Origin: an uncultured Mucispirillum sp.
Lineage (GTDB): Bacteria > Chrysiogenota > Deferribacteres > Deferribacterales > Mucispirillaceae
Length of the DNA stretch: 64,000 nt
Direction: 5' to 3'
Assembly: GCA_944323205.1 (NCBI GenBank)
Contig: CALURO010000008.1
Coordinates: 42,660-106,659, forward strand
Shown: one piece after another, positions 1-8,775 of the stretch
How positions within the stretch are numbered: the first letter of the stretch is position 1
Layout of the letters: each line of letters starts with the position of its first letter
Translations under genes and position numbers: made by a program
The notes under the pieces: model-generated
Told to the model about the DNA's origin: nothing
The model's input: the letters and a program-made list of their open reading frames with translations, nothing else
The model's database searches: none

Positions 1-1
1 A

Positions 2-2818
2 ATGGAATATTCCAGTATGCTTTATGTAAAAAATCCAGACGAAATGTATAATGATTTCAGCTACTGTATAGAAGCTGTTGAAAATACTGTAAAGATAGCA
101 GAAAGATGTAATGTAAGCATAACTTTTGATATAAACCACCTGCCCCAATACGAAGTGCCTGAAGGCTATACTCTTGAATCATATTTTAGAGAACTTTCAG
201 AAAACGGGCTTAGGCAAAGGCTTAAAAATGTGCCTGAAGAAAAGCATAATATATACTGGGAACGGCTTAATTATGAGCTTGAAATTATTATTATGAAAGG
301 CTTTGATGCATACTTTTTAATAGTATGGGATTTTATTAACTATGCAAGAAAAAATAATATCCCAGTAGGGCCGGGCAGGGGCTCAGGTGCTGGCTCACTT
401 GTAGCATATTCATTATCTATTACAGATATTGACCCTATAAGGTTTAAGCTTTTCTTTGAAAGGTTTTTAAACCCAGAGCGTGTAAGTATGCCTGACTTTG
501 ATATAGATTTTTGTATAAGAGGCAGAGAGGAAGTTATAAAATATGTAAGCCAGAAATACGGGGAAGAAAAGGTATCTCAGATAGTAACATTTGGCACATT
601 AAAGCCAAAGAATGCTGTCCGAGATGTATGCAGAGTATATAATACTCCCCTTGTAGAAGTAAACAAGCTGGCAAAATCAATACCTGATGGTCCAAGTATT
701 ACTACTTTTCAAAAAGCATATGATGCAGACCCGGAACTTTACAACAGGTTTGAAAATATAGAGCATGGGGCAGAAATACGCAGACACAGTGAAAATTTAG
801 AAGGTGCAATCCGTCAGGTAGGAATGCACGCAGCTGGAGTTGTGATAGCAGATAAACCACTTGTAGAGTATGCACCCCTTGCAAAAGGTCCAAAAGGCGA
901 GGTAATTGTCCAGTTTGAGAAAAAAGCAGCAGAATCTGTTGGTCTTATTAAGTTTGACTTTTTAGGGCTTAAAAACTTAACTATCATTGATGAGGCAGTT
1001 AAAAGAATACATGCAGCAATAGATAAAGATTTTGATATAAATCATCTTACACTTGATGATAAAGAAGTATATGAAATGCTGCAGCAAGGTGATACATCTG
1101 GTGTATTCCAGCTGGAAAGTTCTGGCATGAAATCACTGCTTAAAAGGCTGCGTCCTACAGTTTTTGAAGATATTATTGCTGCCAATGCATTATACCGTCC
1201 AGGACCTATTGAAAGTGGTATGCTTGACAGCTTTATAAAAAGAAAACATGGTGAAGAAGAAATAATATATCCTTTTGAAGAAATCAAGGATATATTAGAA
1301 GAAACTTATGGCGTTATAGTTTATCAAGAGCAGGTTATGCAGATAGCTCAGGTTTTAGGTGGATATTCCCTTGGTGCTGCTGATATGCTTAGGCGTGCAA
1401 TGGGTAAAAAAGATAAGAAAGAAATGGAGCAGAACAGAGATATTTTTCTTTATGGTGATGAAGAAAAAAATATCCCGGGTGTGCAAAAGCTTGGAAAAGA
1501 TGTGCAGAAAGCATCAGATTTATATGATTTAATAGATAAATTTGCAGGCTACGGCTTTAATAAATCACACTCAGCAGCTTATGCTTATGTTGCATACCAG
1601 ACAGCATATTTAAAACTAAAATATCCAAAAGAATATATGAGTGCTTTATTATCTGTATCTATTGATAATATAGATGATGTAGTAAAATATATAGATGAAT
1701 GTGCAAGAATAGGTATAAAAATCCTTCCCCCTGATATTAATAAAAGTTACTATGATTTTAGGGTGGAAGAAGATGGTATCCGTTTTGGGCTTGGAGCAAT
1801 AAAAAGTGTAGGTCAGGCAGCTATAGAGTCGTTTATAATAGAGCGGGAAAAAAATGGAGCCTACACAAGCATATATGACTTATGCGACAGAATGGATTTT
1901 AAATCAGCAGCTAATAAGAAAACAATAGAAGCATTTATTTATTCAGGCACACTTGACTGTTTTGGTAAATCTCGTCATCAGCATTTATGTGTGTATATGG
2001 AAGCACTTGAAGCAGCAGCAAGAAAAGCGAAGGACAGGGAAAAAGGGTTTGGCTCAATAGAAGATTTCTTAATTGGAGAAAAGGAAGAGTTTTATCCAGA
2101 TGTGGAAGAACTCTCTGCAAGAGAGCTGCTTTCACGGGAAAAAGAAATATTAGGATTTTACTATTCAAGCCACCCGTTAAGGGAATATAACAAATATATA
2201 GAAACTTTTGCAGAAGATATAGAGCTTGTAAACAGTATGCGAAGCGAAGGTGAAGTAGTAGTTGCAGGTATGATTAAAAGCATACGCCAGTATATCACAA
2301 AAACTAAAAAAGAAAAAATGGCTTTTTTAGAGCTGGAAGATGCAATAAATAGTGTAGAGGTGGTAGTTTTTCCAAAAACTTATGCAGATAATATTATGCA
2401 CTTAAAAGAAGATAATATAATCGCTGTTAAGGGAGTATTTACACCAAACCACGAAGAAGGCACAGGCTCTATTACTGCAAGAAAAATTATGACTTTAGGG
2501 CAGGCGTTAGAAGAAAATACTTCCTGCTTAAAAATAACAATAGACACTAAAAAATCAACGCCAGATAGAGTGTTTCAAATAAAAACTCTGCTTGCTCGGT
2601 TTAAAGGCAGTCTTCCTGTGCAGCTTGTATTTATTCTGCCTAATAAATACAGAGTGTTAATGAGTGTATCTGAAGAATATAAAGTATGTCCTGAAACAGA
2701 GTTTTTAGAGCTTTTAAAACAGGTGCCGGGTATTGTAGATATAGAGTTGATGCCGTTAGGTGTTACATATTTAATAAAAGAAGAAGATTATACTATTGAT
2801 ACATGGAGCATAGCATAA
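2..2818 (+). CDS. dnaE: DNA polymerase III alpha subunit (5' end probably outside the window)
   Basis: GPGRGSGAGSLVAY, RVSMPDFDIDF, GLIKFDFLGL, YGFNKSHSAAY motifs and a C-terminal OB fold. Confidence 0.97.
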   Translation: MEYSSMLYVKNPDEMYNDFSYCIEAVENTVKIAERCNVSITFDINHLPQYEVPEGYTLESYFRELSENGLRQRLKNVPEEKHNIYWERLNYELEIIIMKGFDAYFLIVWDFINYARKNNIPVGPGRGSGAGSLVAYSLSITDIDPIRFKLFFERFLNPERVSMPDFDIDFCIRGREEVIKYVSQKYGEEKVSQIVTFGTLKPKNAVRDVCRVYNTPLVEVNKLAKSIPDGPSITTFQKAYDADPELYNRFENIEHGAEIRRHSENLEGAIRQVGMHAAGVVIADKPLVEYAPLAKGPKGEVIVQFEKKAAESVGLIKFDFLGLKNLTIIDEAVKRIHAAIDKDFDINHLTLDDKEVYEMLQQGDTSGVFQLESSGMKSLLKRLRPTVFEDIIAANALYRPGPIESGMLDSFIKRKHGEEEIIYPFEEIKDILEETYGVIVYQEQVMQIAQVLGGYSLGAADMLRRAMGKKDKKEMEQNRDIFLYGDEEKNIPGVQKLGKDVQKASDLYDLIDKFAGYGFNKSHSAAYAYVAYQTAYLKLKYPKEYMSALLSVSIDNIDDVVKYIDECARIGIKILPPDINKSYYDFRVEEDGIRFGLGAIKSVGQAAIESFIIEREKNGAYTSIYDLCDRMDFKSAANKKTIEAFIYSGTLDCFGKSRHQHLCVYMEALEAAARKAKDREKGFGSIEDFLIGEKEEFYPDVEELSARELLSREKEILGFYYSSHPLREYNKYIETFAEDIELVNSMRSEGEVVVAGMIKSIRQYITKTKKEKMAFLELEDAINSVEVVVFPKTYADNIMHLKEDNIIAVKGVFTPNHEEGTGSITARKIMTLGQALEENTSCLKITIDTKKSTPDRVFQIKTLLARFKGSLPVQLVFILPNKYRVLMSVSEEYKVCPETEFLELLKQVPGIVDIELMPLGVTYLIKEEDYTIDTWSIA

Positions 2819-3660
2819 TGGTAAAAAAAGCATTAACCATAGCAGGAAGCGACAGTGGCGGCTGTGCAGGAATACAGGCTGATATTAAAACAATGGGGGC
2901 ATTAGGTGTGTTTGGCATGAGTGTTATTACTGCAGTAACTTCTCAAAATACACTTGGTGTTACATATATTGAAGAATTAAGCACAAAATCAGTTATTACT
3001 CAGATAGAAGCAGTATATGATGATATAGCACCTGATGCTGTAAAATCTGGTATGCTTTTTTCAAAGGATATAATAGAAGCAGTATCTGATGTATTAAAAT
3101 CAAGAAATAAAAGCCCTTATGTTTTAGACCCTGTAATGGTTGCCACAAGCGGCGCAAAGCTTTTAAAAGATGACGCTGTTTCTTATATGGTGGAAAATCT
3201 TTTTCCACTTGCCTTTGTAGTTACTCCAAATATACCAGAGGCAGAGCTTTTAAGCGGCATTAAAATAGAATGTCAGAAACATATAGATACTGCATGCAGG
3301 AAAATAAAAGCATTAGGTGTACAGAATGTTATAATAAAAGGTGGCCATTTTAACGGGGAAGAATCTGTTGATACATTATATGACGGAGAAAACCATTATG
3401 AAATAGCTGCTATGCGTGTAGTAACAAATAATACTCACGGAACAGGCTGCACTTATTCTTCTGCAATATGTTCATATCTTGCATTAGGTTTTACCCTGCT
3501 TGATGCTGTAAAGTATGCAAAACAATATATTACTTCTGCCTTAATTTACGGGGCAGAGATGAATATAGGTATGGGGAGCGGACCTGTAAACCATTTTTTT
3601 GAAAATACAAAAAATAATAATGACGGCACAATATCTTTTGGGAGCTGCACCTGTGGCTGA
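2818..3660 (+). CDS. thiD: Hydroxymethylpyrimidine/phosphomethylpyrimidine kinase
   Basis: ALTIAGSDSGG.AGIQAD, LDPVMVATSG, HGTGCT. The ATG at 2818 overlaps the dnaE stop (TAATG). Confidence 0.95.
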   Translation: MVKKALTIAGSDSGGCAGIQADIKTMGALGVFGMSVITAVTSQNTLGVTYIEELSTKSVITQIEAVYDDIAPDAVKSGMLFSKDIIEAVSDVLKSRNKSPYVLDPVMVATSGAKLLKDDAVSYMVENLFPLAFVVTPNIPEAELLSGIKIECQKHIDTACRKIKALGVQNVIIKGGHFNGEESVDTLYDGENHYEIAAMRVVTNNTHGTGCTYSSAICSYLALGFTLLDAVKYAKQYITSALIYGAEMNIGMGSGPVNHFFENTKNNNDGTISFGSCTCG

Positions 3661-4387
3661 TATATATAAAGAGTATGACTGTTTTGCTTATTTTTATAAT
3701 AAATACTGGACGATTAATGCACCACTTTATTTAGAAAAGGCACTTGATATTCTTCTTCTTGAAAAATTAGAAGAAAATGCACATATTTTAGATGTATGCT
3801 GTGGCACTGGTAATGTGGCAGGTCTGCTTTCTGCAAAGGGATATCATATGACAGGGCTTGACGGCTCAAAGCTTATGCTTGACTATGCAAAGGAAAATGC
3901 TCCAGCTGTTGATTTTATTCATGCAGATGCAAGGTATTTTAATTTAGACAGGAAGTTTCAAGCTGTAATATGCCTTTTTGACAGTATAAACCATCTTTTA
4001 AATCAAGATGATGTATTAAAAGTATTTAAAAATATTTATGAGCATACAGAAGAAAATGGAATATTTGTTTTTGATGTGAACTCGCTTTCATCATCAACTG
4101 ATGTAGATTTAAGTGATTTTTCTGCTGTGGAAGAGAATGAAGTTTTTATTTCTCAGGGCTTATATAACAGTATAGAAAAATTAATAACATACTCTTTAAC
4201 TGCATTTATTAAAGAAGATAATAAATGGGTAAGGTATGATAATAAAATATATGAAAGATATTATGAAGAAGAGCTTTTAATATCTTTACTAAAAGATGCA
4301 GGGTTTAAAAATACTGCTTATACTTACGGGGCAGATATAGGGATAGAGCCTTTTGAAGACAGAGTATTTTTTACAGCGTGGAAATAG
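3653..4387 (+). CDS. Class I SAM-dependent methyltransferase
   Basis: ILDVCCGTG motif I, GLDGS, ADAR. Likely GTG start at 3653 behind GGAG (ORF track starts at 3599). Confidence 0.88.
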   Translation: MADIYKEYDCFAYFYNKYWTINAPLYLEKALDILLLEKLEENAHILDVCCGTGNVAGLLSAKGYHMTGLDGSKLMLDYAKENAPAVDFIHADARYFNLDRKFQAVICLFDSINHLLNQDDVLKVFKNIYEHTEENGIFVFDVNSLSSSTDVDLSDFSAVEENEVFISQGLYNSIEKLITYSLTAFIKEDNKWVRYDNKIYERYYEEELLISLLKDAGFKNTAYTYGADIGIEPFEDRVFFTAWK

Positions 4388-4388
4388 T

Positions 4389-5762
4389 ATGAAAAAGTTA
4401 ACTTTATTTTTATTTATGGTTTTATTTGTATCTAATGTTTACAGTGCAGATTTGCAGGGAGTAGGCTATGGCTCTACAATGGAAGAAGCAAAGCAGGAAG
4501 CATTAGCAGATTTATCTGCATCAGTTAAAGTGCAGGTATTTTCAAAGCATGAGCAGACTACATATAAAACTCAGGATAAATTAGAGTCAGATTATACACG
4601 ATGGACAAGGCTTTCTACAAATGTGCCGCTTTTAAATCCGTCAATATATTATTCAAGAGAACAGGGTAAACATAGAGCAACCGCAGTAATTGATAAGCCA
4701 GCATTATATAGTGAAAAGCTGTCAGATATTGCAAAGCGTATTGATGATATAACAAAAGATGTAAAAGTGGCAGGTGATAAAGCATTAAATTACAGGATAT
4801 TAAAATCAGTTCAGAGCTTATATGATGAATATGAAAGCTATCAGGTGGTGGCAGATGTGCTTGGTATAAAAGATTATCCATCACCACGAATAAGCAGTGG
4901 GGACGCCTTAAAAATGATACTTGAAATGCAGGAAACGCCGCCAAGTCTGGAAGTAGCAGCAGAAGTGCTTACAAAAGATATGAATGAAAAAAATATATAT
5001 GTAGCACCAGTTATGTATGCAGGTAAAGAAAATGTTACAGAGTTTGGAGCATTTTTTAAAGATATGCTTTCAACTAAGGTAAACTCTGTGGAAATAGAAG
5101 AAGACGGTAGAAACAAACTCCGCTGCACATATACTCAAAGCGGCAGTGATATTATTATGGCATGCTCACTTATTACTGGCGTATCAAAAGTATTAAAATC
5201 ATCAGCAGTAAAAATTCCAAAAGAGCTTGTAACAATGGAGACAGTGCCAAAAACAGATGTATCATCTATTTTAAACACATATACTCCACCAAAAACAGAT
5301 TATAAAATATGGATAAAAATATCTACAGATGGTGACGCTTCATTTTTACGGGAAAATGAGCCATTTACTCTGCTTGTAAAAGCTAATAAACCGGGTTATA
5401 TATATTTTCTAACAGTAAATAATGCACCAGACGGAGAGGCTAATATTTTACTTTTAGACTGGAATAATAAGTTTATAAAATATATAGATGAAAATAATGT
5501 AAATAAATGGGTAAGTTTAGGCAAATACAGAGTGCAGGCACCTTTTGGCAGTGAAACATTATATGCTTTTGGTTTAGAAAGAGAGCCGCAGCCTGAATAT
5601 ATTGTACCTGAATATACTCTTGATAAAATAGGTTATTTAAGAAATGTTCGCCCGGAAGTACTTATGCAGGATACACTATATCTTTTTAAAAGACAGCAGG
5701 GAGATAAAACTATGTCATCTATTACATATACAACAGCACCAAACAGAAAGAAAATGCAGTAG
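4389..5762 (+). CDS. Exported protein with an LPP20-like N-terminus and a DUF4384-like C-terminal domain
   Basis: Signal peptide MKKLTLFLF..VYSA; GVGYG..EEAKQEALADLS; C-terminal FTLLVKANKPGYIYFL...APFGSETLYAF. Confidence 0.6.
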   Translation: MKKLTLFLFMVLFVSNVYSADLQGVGYGSTMEEAKQEALADLSASVKVQVFSKHEQTTYKTQDKLESDYTRWTRLSTNVPLLNPSIYYSREQGKHRATAVIDKPALYSEKLSDIAKRIDDITKDVKVAGDKALNYRILKSVQSLYDEYESYQVVADVLGIKDYPSPRISSGDALKMILEMQETPPSLEVAAEVLTKDMNEKNIYVAPVMYAGKENVTEFGAFFKDMLSTKVNSVEIEEDGRNKLRCTYTQSGSDIIMACSLITGVSKVLKSSAVKIPKELVTMETVPKTDVSSILNTYTPPKTDYKIWIKISTDGDASFLRENEPFTLLVKANKPGYIYFLTVNNAPDGEANILLLDWNNKFIKYIDENNVNKWVSLGKYRVQAPFGSETLYAFGLEREPQPEYIVPEYTLDKIGYLRNVRPEVLMQDTLYLFKRQQGDKTMSSITYTTAPNRKKMQ

Positions 5763-5769
5763 GTATTCT

Positions 5770-6894
5770 ATGAAAAAAATATTTATTACAGTAATGATTT
5801 TATATGCATTTAATATATCAGCAGCCCCTAAGATAGATTACAGTAAAGCCTATTATATATCTTGCACAGCGGCAACAGAGCAGTTTGCTGTATTTGGCAG
5901 TTTTGATGGAAATATCAGGCTTATAGATGCAGAAACTTCTGATATTATACTTCTTGATAACGCTCATAAGAAGCCAGTAGTATCTATGAGCGTATCAAAA
6001 GACGGCAGATATTTAGTAAGTGCAGGGCAGGACGATGTAATAATATTCTGGGATTTAGAGAGCTTAAAAGAAATCAAGCGGATAGTAAAGCCGGGCATGG
6101 GAGTTCGTGCTGTGGCATTAAGCCCAAAAGCTGATAAACTATATATTGCTTATCCTGCTGTAATATATGAATACGAAACAAAAGACTGGGTAAATACAGG
6201 GCTTTATGAAGGTTATCAAAACGGTATTTATTCTATTGCAGTAAATGGAAAAGGTAATATATTAGCAGCAGGCTCAAAAAATGGAGATATTTATATTACT
6301 GATTTAGAAAAAGGGGAAATAGTAGATACATACAAAGCAGGCAGAGAGCTTATTATGAGCCTTGATTTTGCAGGTGATAAAGATATTTTAATCAGTGGTG
6401 GATATGATAATACTGTAAGGATATATAATATAGGCAGGGTAAGACCTGTAAAAGAGTTTTCCATTTTTAAAGATGCAGTAAAATCTGTGCAGATAAATGA
6501 TAAAGGCTCTCATGCTGCCATAGGCTCATCAGACGGCACAGCAGTGATATATAACATATCAACTGGGCAGGTAATAAGCCAGACTATATCAGAAGACGGA
6601 GAAGTAACATCACTTTCTGCACCAAAAAGCTTTAATTTTATAGTCTATGGCAAAGGCACAGCATTTCAGGAAGAAAGATATGGTGTTATATCATACCCTA
6701 ATAAAAAGGGAGTATATAGAAAACTTTATGCACTGCAGGAAAGCGATATTATAATATCAGAAAAAGGCTATATAAATGGCAGGGGCAGCTTTGGGCAGTA
6801 TATATCATCATACAGCCACGGCAATAAAGAAACACTGTCAGAAATAATGGAAAACTATTTCAAACAGGACAGGTTGAAAGTAAACCTGCCGTAG
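5770..6894 (+). CDS. Exported WD40-repeat beta-propeller protein
   Basis: Signal peptide; repeats such as AHKKPVVSMSVSKDGRYLVSAGQDDVIIFWD and LISGGYDNTVRIYN. Confidence 0.85.
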   Translation: MKKIFITVMILYAFNISAAPKIDYSKAYYISCTAATEQFAVFGSFDGNIRLIDAETSDIILLDNAHKKPVVSMSVSKDGRYLVSAGQDDVIIFWDLESLKEIKRIVKPGMGVRAVALSPKADKLYIAYPAVIYEYETKDWVNTGLYEGYQNGIYSIAVNGKGNILAAGSKNGDIYITDLEKGEIVDTYKAGRELIMSLDFAGDKDILISGGYDNTVRIYNIGRVRPVKEFSIFKDAVKSVQINDKGSHAAIGSSDGTAVIYNISTGQVISQTISEDGEVTSLSAPKSFNFIVYGKGTAFQEERYGVISYPNKKGVYRKLYALQESDIIISEKGYINGRGSFGQYISSYSHGNKETLSEIMENYFKQDRLKVNLP

Positions 6895-6900
6895 ATTTGC

Positions 6901-7012
6901 TTATTTTAAGATAACGGTAGAAGTTAAAATAAAATATGCCTTATTTTAAGATAATGGCTGAACTTAAAATAACAGCTTGCTTATTTTAAGATAATAGGTT
7001 AACTTAAAATAA
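6901..7012. repeat. Three 32-bp imperfect palindromes at an exact 40-bp period
   Basis: TTATTTTAAGATAA-N6-AA(C/G)TTAAAATAA starting at 6901, 6941 and 6981. Confidence 0.9.
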
Positions 7013-7024
7013 GAAAATAAAAAA

Positions 7025-7044
7025 GGCAGGTTTACATACCTGCC
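7025..7044. terminator. Intrinsic terminator between convergent genes
   Basis: GGCAGGT-TTACAT-ACCTGCC preceded by an A run (a U run on the minus strand). Confidence 0.7.
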
Positions 7045-7052
7045 ATATAATT

Positions 7053-7766
7053 TTACTTGTTTTTATCCTTATTCTTTTTTTGTTTCGGTATTCGTTTATG
7101 TATATTTTTATTAACAATAAGTGCACATATAAAAATCATGATGATTGTTGTATAAAAAATGATATATGCATCTCTTATAGTATCAACAGAATTAATCAAA
7201 CCATATAGTACAATTAAGGAACTAATTATTAATATAATAAAATTAAATATGTTTAAAGATGTAACAACATTACTTGTAGTAGAATAATACCCATTTTCAA
7301 ACAGTTTATAATATTGCTGTTTTTCTTGTTGTTCTATTAAATCAATTAGTCTTCTGCTATTTAGTATTTGCATATAAGTATTAATCATATTTAAATATAT
7401 AAATATAAAAAAAGTAAAAGATAATGAAGCAATAAGATAAAATAAGTACCGAGTCATTTCATCTATATTTTTTGTATCCTTTATGTCTTGCAGTATGTCA
7501 TCATAGAATCCTATAACAATTGAAAAGATAGAAAAGAAAAAGGCAATATACCCAAAGTATATTGCAATATTATGATGATAAACACTATAACTTTTTTCTA
7601 GAACATCTTTTTTGTCATCTCCTAAATTAGCAACATAATCCTCTGTAATTAATGATAATGAATTTGTATCATTAATTTGTTTGTGTTTTACAATACGTAT
7701 CATCATACAAATAATTAATATTACAATAGGAATCATAAATAAAATAAATAAAATTAATTCTTGCAT
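7053..7766 (-). CDS. Hypothetical multi-pass (about 5 TM) membrane protein, paralogue A
   Basis: Five hydrophobic segments, basic C-tail, AAGGAG RBS; shares the NM.N.Y..I.N.R...FENGYY segment with 7830..8567. Confidence 0.75.
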   Translation of the reverse strand: MQELILFILFMIPIVILIICMMIRIVKHKQINDTNSLSLITEDYVANLGDDKKDVLEKSYSVYHHNIAIYFGYIAFFFSIFSIVIGFYDDILQDIKDTKNIDEMTRYLFYLIASLSFTFFIFIYLNMINTYMQILNSRRLIDLIEQQEKQQYYKLFENGYYSTTSNVVTSLNIFNFIILIISSLIVLYGLINSVDTIRDAYIIFYTTIIMIFICALIVNKNIHKRIPKQKKNKDKNK

Positions 7767-7829
7767 AATATTTTCTCCTTGAATGATATTTATATAACAA
7801 TATAAACATAAAGCGACAATAGATGTCGC

Positions 7830-8567
7830 TCATTTATCTTTATCTAGTAATTTATATTCTTTTCTATTTTTATACTGCCAGTTAGCAAGTGAAGCCATTA
7901 GTATTATAAGAGTAAATATTAATAATACTGCTAACTCTTTTACATCTTTAGACAGCATAAAAATACCTATAAATATCCATACTGGAGCTATAAATGCAGT
8001 AAATATGGCAAATAAATTTCTGTCATCATCATAATTCTGCTTATAAAAGCCATTTTCAAAAAAATCCATTAAATGCTGTTTTTTATAACTTTCTACCTGC
8101 CTTATATATATGCGGATATTAGCTATTTTATTATAAACATTTTCCATATTGCTGAATAATAAAAATGTAGTTATACCAAATAACAGCGGGATAAAAAACA
8201 ATATATTGATATAATTATAAAATGATGTAAGGATAAAGGCAAATAAACCGCCAAAAATAACCTGCAAAGAAAAGTAAAAAGCAGCTTTTTTCAGCAAAAT
8301 AAAATTTTGGTGCCTGTATTCTTCATAAGCAGCCTCTAAATGCTTATCAAGCACAATGTTTTCCACCACTTTTTTCTTATAAATTCTTTCAAAAAAATTA
8401 TCAAAAGAGATTTCGCTTAAAGCTTTTTTATTCTTTTTATTTACCTGTGATAAATCTTTAAACCTGCATAATGTTAGTATAAACATAGCAGCAGTGAAAA
8501 CAGATAAAAAAGTAACCAGCAGCACTTCAATAATCTCAATCACATTTGTTTGATTAATAAATTCCAT
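7830..8567 (-). CDS. Hypothetical multi-pass (about 5 TM) membrane protein, paralogue B
   Basis: Five hydrophobic segments, basic C-tail; NMENVYNKIANIR...FFENGFY. Confidence 0.75.
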   Translation of the reverse strand: MEFINQTNVIEIIEVLLVTFLSVFTAAMFILTLCRFKDLSQVNKKNKKALSEISFDNFFERIYKKKVVENIVLDKHLEAAYEEYRHQNFILLKKAAFYFSLQVIFGGLFAFILTSFYNYINILFFIPLLFGITTFLLFSNMENVYNKIANIRIYIRQVESYKKQHLMDFFENGFYKQNYDDDRNLFAIFTAFIAPVWIFIGIFMLSKDVKELAVLLIFTLIILMASLANWQYKNRKEYKLLDKDK

Positions 8568-8775
8568 ATATTTTCTACGTTAACTTGACGTTTCAATTAA
8601 ATATATAAGAAAGTTATCTATAAGCCAATATTATTTGATAATGGAAATGCATATTAGATTATTAAAATGATTTAAATAATTTTTAATACTTTAATTGTAT
8701 AAGTAAATTATATTGTAAATTAACTTGAAAAATAAATAATATTACTATAAAATTATAAAAAATATTAGGTGACAA

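Noticed and set aside
2-2818. Intein in dnaE, or intein/intron in nrdA/nrdB
   Set aside because: Lengths and motif spacing are normal; no splicing motifs seen
6901-7012. CRISPR array interpretation of the 40-bp repeats
   Set aside because: Spacers are only 8 bp, there are three units, and there is no leader or cas gene
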